From IMG/VR virus record IMGVR_UViG_3300034103_000446, positions 1 to 64,000 of that record: a stretch of 64,000 bases of DNA; one strand, written 5' to 3'. The stretch's first letter is position 1, and each line of letters opens with the position of its first letter. The notes beneath the pieces are model-generated. The model had not been told where the DNA came from and did not search any database. It saw nothing but the letters and a program-made list of their open reading frames with translations. Origin of the DNA: a virus. Below are positions 1-9,667 of this stretch, piece after piece. The translations under genes were made by a program, and so were the position numbers.

Positions 1-649
1 AGAACTTTTCACGAACCTTCTTAGGTTCTCCGCCTGCAGGGTCAGCGATTCCAAGGTCGAATTCTAAACTGTTTAGTACATTGACATCAAATCCGGTTCT
101 GTTTAGTAGGGCTAGTAACTGTTGTTCGCCTAGAATACTATAGTGATTCAAGTTCCATTCATGTTTACGTTCACAATCGGGTGCAGGGACTTCAATGTAA
201 ATCTTGCTACCTTGTTTCAGTACTCGGTTGTATTCCATCAAGCTAAAGATAGGATATGGACTATGCTCTAATGCGTGACGCAAGAAGATGAAATCTACTG
301 ACTCGTCATGGTACCCATCTTTTTGAGGCAAAAAGCTTAGGTCGTATTTTGAAATCTTATGCCCTTTGCCTTCACATAAGCTAATGTCACCGGGGCTAAG
401 TGTTACACCAGTAACATTTGTGTATTCTCTAGCCTTCATTTCATCTAAGAAATAGCCCGGGCCACAACCCAAATCTAAGATTTTAGCATCCTTAGCTAAA
501 TTCAATGGGTCAATGTAGGTTTTTACAACCTGAGTTGTTAGTTCTTTGTGAAATTGGCTGTCACCTTCATCGTATATGTGTGCTGTATACAACCATTCGT
601 TGTAAAACTTTAACTTGATGAGGTCTATTGTTGTGTTAATATCAATCAT
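1..649 (-). CDS. Class I SAM-dependent methyltransferase (3' end runs off the window)
   Basis: Not in the ORF track. Manual translation from the ATG at 649 gives MIDINTTIDL...KILDLGCGPG...VDFIFLRHALEH...RVLKQG, which carries the SAM-binding motif I; the frame is open to the window edge. Confidence 0.85.
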   Translation of the reverse strand, partial: MIDINTTIDLIKLKFYNEWLYTAHIYDEGDSQFHKELTTQVVKTYIDPLNLAKDAKILDLGCGPGYFLDEMKAREYTNVTGVTLSPGDISLCEGKGHKISKYDLSFLPQKDGYHDESVDFIFLRHALEHSPYPIFSLMEYNRVLKQGSKIYIEVPAPDCERKHEWNLNHYSILGEQQLLALLNRTGFDVNVLNSLEFDLGIADPAGGEPKKVREKF

Positions 650-702
650 TGATGATCCTGTAAATCTGATAGAATTACTTATTCATCAAATGACTGTGTA
701 TA

Positions 703-1077
703 TTATTTTCTTTTGTAACCTTTAAAGGGTTTAACTAAACTCTTAGTGTTCCCCCCGGGTAATTCTTGACTGCGCAAGTCACCTTTGTTTAAGTCTTGGT
801 GATGAGAACCCACCACTTGATATGCCAATTTAAGCATGTTTGCTTCTTCTTGTGTATAAGGTGCCGCAACGTCATGTCTTCCTGCCCAACTCTCGCTGTC
901 TATTTCAGGCATGAAAGTTCCGTCAGTTGAGGCTGCAGCCATCATAATTCTGTTCAGTTCATATATTCGGTCTGCATAATTCTCATCACGAAATTTATGC
1001 AATCCTACAGAAGATTGGCTTTTTCTTTTACTTAGTTTGCCAATCTTATTTTCGTTTATAAATTCATTAGCTCTCAT
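703..1077 (-). CDS. Hypothetical phage protein, possible head-internal protein; paralog of 1074..1481
   Basis: 124 aa; begins MRANEFINE and ends VKPFKGYKRK, both shared with its neighbour. Confidence 0.6.
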   Translation of the reverse strand: MRANEFINENKIGKLSKRKSQSSVGLHKFRDENYADRIYELNRIMMAAASTDGTFMPEIDSESWAGRHDVAAPYTQEEANMLKLAYQVVGSHHQDLNKGDLRSQELPGGNTKSLVKPFKGYKRK

Positions 1078-1481
1078 TTTCTCTTGTATCCTTTGAAAGC
1101 TTTGACAGGAGACGAATGCATTGTGTCATCCATTTCATCACTGCTAGGTGTACTGACTAATTTTTTGCCGGATTTGCCGACCTTCTTTAATGCTTGGGCA
1201 ATAGTTTTACCAATCTCTTTGTCAAACTCAGATGATATAACTTGATTTTCTCCCCAGCTACTTTCTGCCCTAAAATCAGGCTTATAACCATTTTGTACAT
1301 CGTCAGTACCGCTTTCGCCTCTTACTGCGGCAATTGCTACACCGAAACGATATAAATCATAGAAGTCATTGTTCTGTAACTCTGGAATAACATACGTGTT
1401 GGGAAGAGACTTAGATGCTACGTCTAAACCGTCATGAACATCACTAAGTTTTTGTTCTGCTATGAACTCTCTGGCTCTCAT
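1074..1481 (-). CDS. Hypothetical phage protein, possible head-internal protein; paralog of 703..1077
   Basis: 135 aa; begins MRAREFIAE and ends VKAFKGYKRK; ATGA overlaps with both neighbours. Confidence 0.6.
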   Translation of the reverse strand: MRAREFIAEQKLSDVHDGLDVASKSLPNTYVIPELQNNDFYDLYRFGVAIAAVRGESGTDDVQNGYKPDFRAESSWGENQVISSEFDKEIGKTIAQALKKVGKSGKKLVSTPSSDEMDDTMHSSPVKAFKGYKRK

Positions 1482-2017
1482 TCGGGTGTTTCCGTAGTAA
1501 GTATGATATCATCTTCTGTACCCATTACAGACCCGGTAGGATAACCATCCAACTCTATAGGTGTACCTGCCACCATACTAGCAGATGTTATCTGATAGCA
1601 CATATAATGATATATAACTGTATCCTGTATTGGATTTACCAACAATCGCACAGTATTGTCTACTACATCCATGTTATAGCTACACAACGCATTACCTTCA
1701 CGAGAAGTACCGTAGCCTGAAAAACGAACTCCACCTAAGTTATTTGTAATAGCGGCAGCTAATACTATATTTTGCATGTCAGGTGTGCCTGGATCATAAC
1801 TGCGAATCTGTATTGTCCCCTGTGTAAATTCATCTGCGGGATATTCAAATACGACTTGGTTAGGAACTAAACCAGATGTAGTTCCCTGTGTAATGCTAAA
1901 ATTAGTTAAAAATACATTAGCAAAGTTATTGTTAACCTTTTGAAAGGCAACTCGTAACGGATCACCCTCTCCGTCGTTGGGCAATACACCTATATTAATT
2001 ATTTCTTGGGTAGACAT
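1478..2017 (-). CDS. Baseplate/fibre-attachment protein with T4 gp9/gp10-like N-terminus
   Basis: N-terminal IINIGVLPNDGEGDPLRVAFQKVNNNF matches the I.iG..aNDGtGD.LR.af.K.N.NF motif of T4-like baseplate and fibre proteins. Confidence 0.75.
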   Translation of the reverse strand: MSTQEIINIGVLPNDGEGDPLRVAFQKVNNNFANVFLTNFSITQGTTSGLVPNQVVFEYPADEFTQGTIQIRSYDPGTPDMQNIVLAAAITNNLGGVRFSGYGTSREGNALCSYNMDVVDNTVRLLVNPIQDTVIYHYMCYQITSASMVAGTPIELDGYPTGSVMGTEDDIILTTETPE

Positions 2018-2043
2018 GTTTTTTCCTGTATCCTACTATAAAG

Positions 2044-2050
2044 TATTTAT
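2044..2050 (-). promoter_or_regulatory. T4-like late promoter core (ATAAATA)
   Basis: tatttat on the + strand ~27 nt upstream of the ATG at 2017; the same core recurs upstream of many genes. Confidence 0.55.
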
Positions 2051-2325
2051 CAGTTACCTAACCAAGACTTGGGTTGCTGAATGATGATTTGGCGTTTCCC
2101 TCGTTGAATTTCTTGTAATGCTCTTATGGCTTGTAGCTTGACTTCGTTATCAGAACTCTTAACCATTTCAATCAAGGCTGCAATTCTAGCAGCCTCTGCT
2201 ACAGTAGCATCACGGCTTAATGATTTTTGTGCTTCTACATAGGTTTCATAGTGATTAACTGTTGAACATCCGGACAAAGCTAAACAAATTGCCAATAATA
2301 TGCTATTATTTTGCGCTATCTTCAT
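2050..2325 (-). CDS. Small lipoprotein
   Basis: Probable start MKIAQNN; hydrophobic signal ending in the lipobox LSGC. Confidence 0.6.
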   Translation of the reverse strand: MKIAQNNSILLAICLALSGCSTVNHYETYVEAQKSLSRDATVAEAARIAALIEMVKSSDNEVKLQAIRALQEIQRGKRQIIIQQPKSWLGN

Positions 2326-2572
2326 GAATTTTCTTCTGTTCACTATACCATTCTTGCCATCCATCTACTTTCGTTGAGCATTCATAATATAAAGAGTAGT
2401 TATGTACGATGACTTTTAGCATGTCAGTTATTGCTACTTTGTCTCCCTCAATTTTCTTTAGGCTTTCGCACTTTTTCATGAGTTCAGTAGTAGCGTTGGG
2501 GAATTTCTTTTGAACGGGCACTGTAGTAGAGCATCCAACTAGAAATAACAAGGCAATGAATATGTATTTCAT
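2306..2572 (-). CDS. o-spanin (Rz1-like outer-membrane lipoprotein)
   Basis: Lipobox LVGC followed by a Pro-containing segment and two further Cys; directly follows an i-spanin-like gene. Confidence 0.65.
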   Translation of the reverse strand: MKYIFIALLFLVGCSTTVPVQKKFPNATTELMKKCESLKKIEGDKVAITDMLKVIVHNYSLYYECSTKVDGWQEWYSEQKKIHEDSAK

Positions 2573-3066
2573 TTCTTATCACCCTTATTCAATTCAGTTG
2601 CTAGATTGTGTATGTCTATCATTTCTTTAGGTACGGGGCAATTTTCAATGTACTTAATGACTTCTTCTCGTCTGATTCTCTCAGGACCTTCTACTTCTTT
2701 AATAATTTCCTTAGTGTTCCATCTATCGACATACTTGATAATATCTTTACCTTTTTCTCGAATAACTTTAGTTTTTTCTACTACTTTTTCTTGGACTTCA
2801 ATGTTCTTTTCGCTAGCCTTGGTTTCAGCTTGTGCAAGTTTTGCTTCCATCTCTTTGACTTTTAACTGCCATTCTTTATTGTCTGCTAATCCTCCTTCTA
2901 GGTACACCCCTAGAACAAGTAACAATATACTTATGATTTGAATTGCTAGTTTATAGGCTTTGACAAAAGGAACGAATCCTAGCACAAAACCAGTGACTGT
3001 GCCCAAAATACCTAATCCAAAGATTATGTGTATTGCGGCTTCGGGTAGTATTGATATTATCCACAT
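2569..3066 (-). CDS. i-spanin (Rz-like inner-membrane protein)
   Basis: N-terminal TM helices, a coiled coil and a C-terminal CPVP; overlaps the lipoprotein gene. Confidence 0.6.
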   Translation of the reverse strand: MWIISILPEAAIHIIFGLGILGTVTGFVLGFVPFVKAYKLAIQIISILLLVLGVYLEGGLADNKEWQLKVKEMEAKLAQAETKASEKNIEVQEKVVEKTKVIREKGKDIIKYVDRWNTKEIIKEVEGPERIRREEVIKYIENCPVPKEMIDIHNLATELNKGDKK

Positions 3067-3074
3067 ACAACTAT

Positions 3075-4337
3075 TTATCTCATGCTATCTAAAGTAGGAT
3101 TAACTTCTGCTAGTTTTTGATTTCGATTAGAGTCTAAAATATCGTTAAATTTAAAAAATCTAGACAAGTTTTCTTTATGTTCTACTTCTTCCAAGCATCT
3201 ATTTTTAACTGTAGTCATTATTCCGTAGAAATTACTGTCTCGGGGTTTAATGTCGTTTTTCATCCAAGTTTCTATTTTCTCCCAGCATCGTTGTTTATAG
3301 TCTATTGGCAAGTAGTAAAAATCTAAGTAATCTGGCTCCATTAAAATGATGGGGGTTATGTTTATGTCAACCTTGTATTTGTCACTGATTGAATCAAAGT
3401 AGTCAAACAAGTCGGTAATGTATTCCAAATTAGGCTTATAGATTACAGGAGTAGGCCGTACCAACAAATTAGTAAGTCCCATAGATACTAGTTTAGTCAA
3501 AGTATTGTCAATTTGACTCCATTTGCTAGGGTATCTTAGATACTCTTGCATAGATCCATATCCGTCTATACTACACATAAATCGTATTTGTTTGAAGTGT
3601 GGTAGCAAATCATAGAACTCTTTCCTAGTATTGGTCATGTTGGAATTAAACACTATGCTGATGTTCTTACTAACTCCGGCACCAATCATCTTCTGTAAGA
3701 TAACAAGATTGTTTTGAATGATAGTAGGTTCACCGCCATTCATATAATATGACTGGATGTTTCCTAACTGTGAGTCTATGTTTTTCTCAAATACATCAGT
3801 TGTGTACCAATCGTTTAGATTTTTAGTAGAGATGTTGTGGTAATTTCCTATATCAGATATAGGAAACAGTTTGATAACTTCTTTGTTGAATTGGCTACTA
3901 GCTTCTGGATAACAACTTCTACATGCCAAGTTGCACATATTTCCAAATCGGATGTCAAAATATTCTACAGTGTTGTCGATGGCCCCGTCATTGGTAGTAG
4001 AAGATATTATTTTCTTTAGTATAGGAATTTGTTTTGTGTATCCTTCGTTATTCCAATTTCTATAACTCTTGCCACCGTACTTTTCAGTATCATAGCATTT
4101 CTGACATCCTTTGATTGGTTTACCTTCAATCATATCTTTTCTGATTCTTTTTAAATCAGTTGAATTTACGATATTAGGCAGTTCATCATATCCCAAGTTT
4201 AACTTAGTACCATCTTCCTTATGCATGAACTCATCAGACACACAGCATAATCTAACAGTACCATCAGTGTGCGTGGATATATTCATCCATGGCAGCACAC
4301 AAAAACTATTGTTGTTTAAAATATCTAATAACTTCAT
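3075..4337 (-). CDS. Radical SAM protein with N-terminal twitch/SPASM-like Cys domain
   Basis: CNLACRSC and GGEP motifs; N-terminal FCVLPW...CC...CQKC; probable start MKLL at 4337. Confidence 0.85.
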   Translation of the reverse strand: MKLLDILNNNSFCVLPWMNISTHTDGTVRLCCVSDEFMHKEDGTKLNLGYDELPNIVNSTDLKRIRKDMIEGKPIKGCQKCYDTEKYGGKSYRNWNNEGYTKQIPILKKIISSTTNDGAIDNTVEYFDIRFGNMCNLACRSCYPEASSQFNKEVIKLFPISDIGNYHNISTKNLNDWYTTDVFEKNIDSQLGNIQSYYMNGGEPTIIQNNLVILQKMIGAGVSKNISIVFNSNMTNTRKEFYDLLPHFKQIRFMCSIDGYGSMQEYLRYPSKWSQIDNTLTKLVSMGLTNLLVRPTPVIYKPNLEYITDLFDYFDSISDKYKVDINITPIILMEPDYLDFYYLPIDYKQRCWEKIETWMKNDIKPRDSNFYGIMTTVKNRCLEEVEHKENLSRFFKFNDILDSNRNQKLAEVNPTLDSMR

Positions 4338-5370
4338 CACCAATAAACTCAACTTCCTCATCAGTCAATTCGGGATATATAGGTAAACTAATGACACCTC
4401 TACTGAGCAGTACACTTGTACTTATCATATCTGGTTTTGCTAAATCTTTTGCAGAAGGTAAATCTCCTAGAACATATTCATAGTGTCTCTTGCAGTCAAT
4501 TCCATTCAGCATTAAATGCGTAAAAAGTGAATTGCGATCCGGCAAATACATTACAAATTTTTGATGTGCGTGGGGATCCTTTGTATCACTAAGACAGGTT
4601 AGCGGTAGATCCTTAAAAGACTGGCACCAAAATTTAGCAATCTCTTTTCTTCTGGTTTGCCATTCGTCTATATATTTTACTCTAACTAGAAGATGAGCAC
4701 AATCTAGCTCACTCATTCGTGAATTAGTTCCAACATCATGAAAGTATGGCTTGCAATTGTCTCTGTAGCTTGATGCATATAGATATAACTTTTCATCATT
4801 GGTTACGATAGCACCACCGTTACCACTGCTGTTCAAATTTTTAGTAGGATCAAAACTGATTGCCATGCCACTACCTACATTGCCGCCGGCTTCTAACCAG
4901 TGTTGTGCTCCGTCAACTATAACGCCATAACTATCTTCATATCTTACATCTGACCATGGCCTTCGGCCCGCAAAGCCCATGACACAATCATATATTCCAC
5001 CTACTCTAGACTCATGAGAAATGATACCGTTTTTGTCAGTGTCTGCTAATTCAACATCCCAACCTGCAGTTAAAAATGCATTAAGTGTTGCAGGATAGGT
5101 TAGGTTGGGGATGCGAACTTTGGGATTTCCATCCATAGTTTCATTATGCTTAATCTTTTTCCATCGTGCAATTATTTCAAGTGCTTGAGTACCACTATGT
5201 ACCGTTATAGCATATTTAGTCTTAGTCTTATGTTTCAACCATTCTTCAAACGAACGAGTGTAGTGACCACCGACTAATTGACCGTCTTTTAAAGCACGGT
5301 GAGTTGCATCTAGCAACTCTTCCCCGATGTTCTTATACTGTCTTGCTAGACCGAAGTGAGTGATTTTCAT
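4306..5370 (-). CDS. DegT/DnrJ/EryC1/StrS family PLP sugar aminotransferase
   Basis: SGTQAL, VDGAQ, SFDPTKNL (PLP lysine), NSRMSE and SLPIYPEL motifs. Confidence 0.9.
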   Translation of the reverse strand: MKITHFGLARQYKNIGEELLDATHRALKDGQLVGGHYTRSFEEWLKHKTKTKYAITVHSGTQALEIIARWKKIKHNETMDGNPKVRIPNLTYPATLNAFLTAGWDVELADTDKNGIISHESRVGGIYDCVMGFAGRRPWSDVRYEDSYGVIVDGAQHWLEAGGNVGSGMAISFDPTKNLNSSGNGGAIVTNDEKLYLYASSYRDNCKPYFHDVGTNSRMSELDCAHLLVRVKYIDEWQTRRKEIAKFWCQSFKDLPLTCLSDTKDPHAHQKFVMYLPDRNSLFTHLMLNGIDCKRHYEYVLGDLPSAKDLAKPDMISTSVLLSRGVISLPIYPELTDEEVEFIGDEVIRYFKQQ

Positions 5371-5542
5371 TTTTTGCCCATTCTATATAGCCGCCGTTAG
5401 TAACAGACCACGGGCAATATTGTTCCCATAACACTGTTGATTGTTCAGGATTTTCCTTCATCAACTTATCCACTATGACTCTAGATTTATATCCATTTAA
5501 AGTCCAGTCATGTGTTTTTAATGCAGTTTCTAATTCATTCAT
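5333..5542 (-). CDS. Hypothetical protein
   Basis: 69-aa ORF tightly packed between the epimerase and the aminotransferase. Confidence 0.5.
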   Translation of the reverse strand: MNELETALKTHDWTLNGYKSRVIVDKLMKENPEQSTVLWEQYCPWSVTNGGYIEWAKNENHSLRSSKTV

Positions 5543-5543
5543 T

Positions 5544-6509
5544 TTATATTCTATTCTGCCAGTAACTTGATGTACTCAGCCATTCATAGTACTTTTGAAA
5601 TCCTTCTTCAACATCTACTTTCGGATCATAACCGAAGTCTCTACGGGCAGCATCAATGTTTAGTGCACCTCGACTTGGGAAGTCAGCGTCTTTGTCTCTA
5701 ACTTCAATAGATCCTTTACCGACAATCTTCACAGCTAGTTGTGCCGCATCAAGCAGACTCCTACTGTGGCTCTTGGTAATGTTGTATGTCTTATTGTCGG
5801 TATTGGAACTTAAACTCGCGGCAACGATTCCATCGGCGGCGTCTTCAACGTAGGTGAAATCGAGTGTTTCTCCTGCTCCATTAACCTTAAGAGTAGCACC
5901 GCGCATTGCTGTGAGCATGAATTTTGCAATAACTCTATCTTCCACATCAAGCGGGCCGTATACAGCACTTGGCCGAATAATAGTATGATTAAAACAGCCT
6001 CTGCGAGTGTAATCTTTAACCAGGTGTTCCCCAGTGAGCTTGAGTATTCCATATTGTCCTTGTGGCTTACAATTATAATCTTCTGTCACATCGTTGGTAA
6101 AGTCACCATAGACCATACTTGAACTGATGTATACAAATTTCTTTACGTTATTCTTTTTACTCATTTCACATAGGTTGAGTAGACCTTCACTCATTACACG
6201 ACTGCCCCATGGTGGGTTAGCATTGACCACTTTCTGTCTAGGGAAGCTAGCCATGTGAATGACGATATCAAATTTATTTGCCGCAAACAACCATTCAATG
6301 TTTCCAGCACTACAAATATCAAACTTAAAATTTTGATATGTCTTTATTTTCTTTTTTCGTTCAGACACCAGATAGTTGACTTCTTCTTGTGGAATAATTC
6401 CGTAGTTTGTTTGGGTGTCAACTATAACAACATCATGTTGTAGTTGCTCTAATTTAGATACGACATGATGTCCTATCAATCCCATGCCGCCGGTTACTAA
6501 TATTTTCAT
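5544..6509 (-). CDS. NAD-dependent nucleotide-sugar epimerase/dehydratase (extended SDR)
   Basis: TGGMGLIG Rossmann motif, SSSMVYG, YGILK (YxxxK), DFTYVED. Confidence 0.9.
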   Translation of the reverse strand: MKILVTGGMGLIGHHVVSKLEQLQHDVVIVDTQTNYGIIPQEEVNYLVSERKKKIKTYQNFKFDICSAGNIEWLFAANKFDIVIHMASFPRQKVVNANPPWGSRVMSEGLLNLCEMSKKNNVKKFVYISSSMVYGDFTNDVTEDYNCKPQGQYGILKLTGEHLVKDYTRRGCFNHTIIRPSAVYGPLDVEDRVIAKFMLTAMRGATLKVNGAGETLDFTYVEDAADGIVAASLSSNTDNKTYNITKSHSRSLLDAAQLAVKIVGKGSIEVRDKDADFPSRGALNIDAARRDFGYDPKVDVEEGFQKYYEWLSTSSYWQNRI

Positions 6510-6805
6510 TTAAATTTCAATTCAAAAAATGTTATTTGTTCGGGTGTTAGGTCTGCTCTTATTTGAAACTTATACCCATATGTCATCGCATCAAGCTGCT
6601 TATACCAGGTTGGTTTAGTAATTGCATTTTTCATTACCCATTGACCTGGTTCACTACGTTCCCAGTCAAAGATAGGACCGCCTGCATAGATATCAGGATC
6701 ATCTACGTCACTTAACGAAAATGTATGAACAACATAACTACTTGTTATGATGTCCTTACCGTCATCAAACTGCCATATTCGCTTTAATTTGTCCATGGCT
6801 CTCAT
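6506..6805 (-). CDS. Hypothetical phage protein
   Basis: Coupled to both neighbours; ends FFELKFK; start uncertain. Confidence 0.55.
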   Translation of the reverse strand: MRAMDKLKRIWQFDDGKDIITSSYVVHTFSLSDVDDPDIYAGGPIFDWERSEPGQWVMKNAITKPTWYKQLDAMTYGYKFQIRADLTPEQITFFELKFK

Positions 6806-7670
6806 AGTTATCTAAGTGAATGTCTTCCATTCTCATTTCAAATATATTTGTTTTCTGAGCACTCAGATATAAAGTAGGAGCAGAAAATTCGGTTCGTGAT
6901 AGTTGTGTTTTAACTTGTTCAATGTGATCTTTGTAGATATGAGTATCACCTGTGCTGATAATCAACTCGCCTACTTTCAATCCACAATGATGCGCAATCA
7001 AATGTGTCAGTAACGCATAACTAGCAATGTTAAAAGGAAGACCTAAGAACACATCAACACTACGTTGGTACATATGACAACTAAGTTCTTTATCTTTGTT
7101 GACATAGAATTGACTCATAACGTGACAAGGTGGCAATGCCATTTGGTCTAGTTCGCTCACGTTCCAGGCACTTAAAATGTGTCTGCGCCCATTAGGATCT
7201 TGTTTCAGTCCTTCGATGAGATTTGTCAATTGGTCAACTTCTGTTCTGTCTACCGCGAGGCGTGTGCCACCTTTGTGCGCTGGACCCATGTCTTTTTCAA
7301 CCGTGTCTTTGTTCCAGTGGCGCCATTGTACGCCGTATACCCTACCCAAGTCACCTTCGAATTTCGCTTTTGGTTTCCAATACGGCGCAAGCGCATTCGG
7401 TGTCCAGATAGTAACCTTTCCCTCTGCGTTACCTTCACCATGGGTGAGTTCTGCCAATCTACGTTCATCACTAGATCCTTCAATGAACCAAAGAAGTTCA
7501 CCGACACAAGCTTTCCATGCAAGCTTTTTAGTAGTGATAGCGGGAAAGCCTCTACGCAAATCAAAGCGAAGATTACGGCCAAAAACACTATAGGTGCCAA
7601 CACCAGTTCTATCATCTTTAAGTTCTCCATTATCTAGTATGTCTTGTAGTAAATCGTGATATTGTTTCAT
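6765..7670 (-). CDS. thyA: Thymidylate synthase
   Basis: DDRTGVGT, ELLWF, YGVQWR, MALPPCH, YQRSVDVFLGLPFN and DTHIY motifs. Confidence 0.97.
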   Translation of the reverse strand: MKQYHDLLQDILDNGELKDDRTGVGTYSVFGRNLRFDLRRGFPAITTKKLAWKACVGELLWFIEGSSDERRLAELTHGEGNAEGKVTIWTPNALAPYWKPKAKFEGDLGRVYGVQWRHWNKDTVEKDMGPAHKGGTRLAVDRTEVDQLTNLIEGLKQDPNGRRHILSAWNVSELDQMALPPCHVMSQFYVNKDKELSCHMYQRSVDVFLGLPFNIASYALLTHLIAHHCGLKVGELIISTGDTHIYKDHIEQVKTQLSRTEFSAPTLYLSAQKTNIFEMRMEDIHLDNYESHGQIKANMAV

Positions 7671-8119
7671 TTTCTTTTCCAAATTTCATATGAGTGGTCT
7701 GTGTGTTGTTCTTTAAACCAACACACAAACTCTTTCTCTAATTTTACTAAATCGATGAAGGTATCGCAAGTGTGTTCGGCTACTGTTCTACTCAAATGAA
7801 CTTCATCAATTAAGTGCCAACTTGAATTAATGATTTTTGCACCACCTATTAACCAAACATCTACTAAATCCATTGTGTCTCTGGCAGGTAGGCTAGTCAG
7901 TGTAGTTATTTCTGGGATAGCCTTACTAGACACTACAACATTAATACGATTGGGTAGAGGTTTTTTAGGTAAACTGTCCCAAGTATTACGACCCATAAGT
8001 ATAACTTTACCTGTAGTCAATTCTTTGAATCTTGGCAAATCGCCCTCGATTTTACTCCAGGGCAATTTGTTGTTGTAGCCTATTCCACCTTTTGGATCAC
8101 ATGCTACTATCAGTTTCAT
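7667..8119 (-). CDS. folA: Dihydrofolate reductase
   Basis: IGYNNKLPW, MGRNTWDSL, PLPNRINVVVS, IGGA, CDTF; adjacent to thyA. Confidence 0.95.
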   Translation of the reverse strand: MKLIVACDPKGGIGYNNKLPWSKIEGDLPRFKELTTGKVILMGRNTWDSLPKKPLPNRINVVVSSKAIPEITTLTSLPARDTMDLVDVWLIGGAKIINSSWHLIDEVHLSRTVAEHTCDTFIDLVKLEKEFVCWFKEQHTDHSYEIWKRK

Positions 8120-8412
8120 AGTTTATTCAATAACCTATCAGTTTCTGGTTGTACCGTCTCGGCAATGTTTTGAACATTGAGAACAAATTCCACACTTGAA
8201 ATTTGATCGTCAAGCTCGTGCAGTTTTCTACCAACTGCATCCTCAATTTGTTCAGGGTCCAAACCTTGACTGAGAAACTTTTCAATGTTAATTGTCTGTT
8301 GTCGTTTACCTTCAAGCTTGACGATTATCTTTTTAATAAACTGTACAGGTATTTTTTGTTTCTCAACATCTTCTAAGATGTGTTCCCACTTTGCGATGAA
8401 TTCAGGTGACAT
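8116..8412 (-). CDS. Hypothetical phage protein
   Basis: 98 aa; in operon with folA. Confidence 0.65.
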   Translation of the reverse strand: MSPEFIAKWEHILEDVEKQKIPVQFIKKIIVKLEGKRQQTINIEKFLSQGLDPEQIEDAVGRKLHELDDQISSVEFVLNVQNIAETVQPETDRLLNKL

Positions 8413-8418
8413 GTGTTG

Positions 8419-9105
8419 TTACGCTACTGCTTTTGCCTTTGCAGGACGACCTCTACGCTTTGGTTGAACAGAGATAGAAGCAGTTGACACTGTTTCAAGT
8501 ACCCCGCCGTCCATCTGTGCGGCTTCTTTCAGCAAACGTTGTGATTCTGCTAGTAGTCCTTTAGCCTCTGCATCCATCTTTTGTGCTTGCTGACGCAAGT
8601 TATTTGCTAACTCATTATCGGCTAATACGCCCTGGGCACTTTGTACGTTTTGCGGTGGTTCTTGATTGCCACGCATTCTACGAGCAACATCGGCCGGGTC
8701 CTGCAATCCGCGGCTACTATCTATCTCGGCAAGACGCTTGACTGCGGCTTCACCCTGTTTCATTTCATTCAAAATTTTGTTGAGTTCATTCAACCTAATC
8801 TTAGTGTTGGGTGCAGGAGTCATCAGTACCATCTCAGTATTGACTTTCTTCAATTGACCTTCTCTGTGTAAAACTTGTAGAATTGGATTACCGTCTTTGG
8901 TATAAGACCGATTCAATGCGTCCGCCAAGTTTTCACTGTTTTGACCAATATCAGACTCAATACATTTAATCATTGGATCATGAATGTGTTGATTTAACAA
9001 CTCTGTATAGGCTACCAAGCACATATGCGGCTCGCCCGGTACCTCTCTAAAAATGACTGCAACTTTTCGGTCGCCATGTTTACCTACGTGTCTTAAAAAA
9101 CTCAT
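8419..9105 (-). CDS. Hypothetical protein with coiled coil and C-terminal AT-hook-like motif
   Basis: 228 aa with a good SD (aaggag); ends PKRRGRPAKAKAVA. Confidence 0.65.
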   Translation of the reverse strand: MSFLRHVGKHGDRKVAVIFREVPGEPHMCLVAYTELLNQHIHDPMIKCIESDIGQNSENLADALNRSYTKDGNPILQVLHREGQLKKVNTEMVLMTPAPNTKIRLNELNKILNEMKQGEAAVKRLAEIDSSRGLQDPADVARRMRGNQEPPQNVQSAQGVLADNELANNLRQQAQKMDAEAKGLLAESQRLLKEAAQMDGGVLETVSTASISVQPKRRGRPAKAKAVA

Positions 9106-9165
9106 AATAGTTTTCTCCTTTTGATATTATTATTTAATAGTAGTTTTCGACACTTAAAATAAATG

Positions 9166-9447
9166 TCAAGACCATTTTAGTTCGTACAGTAATGCCTCAG
9201 TAGGATCTTCAAATGAGGGCAATGTAATTGGCACAAAGAAATCATCTATGGATTCTGATCCAATAAAGGTATAACGTCCTGATAGGGTATGAACGATCCA
9301 TTTAGCTGATTCTCTTGTTATTGCTGTGTTTGCTGTGACAAAATGTGGGGGCTTGAAGTCTAACTTTCTATTAACATGCCACACCTCAGGCTTTATTTCG
9401 ATGATAGAATGGACACTCAATTGATTAGGATCCTTTTTTGATAGCAT
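9166..9447 (-). CDS. Hypothetical phage protein
   Basis: 93 aa; ends LLYELKWS. Confidence 0.55.
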   Translation of the reverse strand: MLSKKDPNQLSVHSIIEIKPEVWHVNRKLDFKPPHFVTANTAITRESAKWIVHTLSGRYTFIGSESIDDFFVPITLPSFEDPTEALLYELKWS

Positions 9448-9667
9448 ACAACATTTCTACCTTACTTATTGCATCATTGAGTGTAGGATCACTGTCTGCC
9501 ATGAACACGGCTTCTTTTAATTTAAACCACCTAGCAGATAGTTCTCCTTCTTTTTTGTGCACCGGGTCAACCCAATGAAGGTGTCGATCAGTCTCGCCCA
9601 TTTTACGAGCATACACTGTTTTACCTCCATCGGGTGATTCGAAAATTAACTTTTCACTTGTCATCAT
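9425..9667 (-). CDS. Hypothetical phage protein
   Basis: Probable start MMTSEKLIFESPDGGKTVYAR, overlapping the stop of the VWA gene. Confidence 0.55.
   Translation of the reverse strand: MMTSEKLIFESPDGGKTVYARKMGETDRHLHWVDPVHKKEGELSARWFKLKEAVFMADSDPTLNDAISKVEMLYAIKKGS

Noticed and set aside
6765-7670. Thymidylate-synthase homolog acting as a dNMP hydroxymethylase for DNA hypermodification
   Set aside because: It has canonical ThyA motifs, including the dUMP-specifying PFN Asn, and is paired with DHFR.
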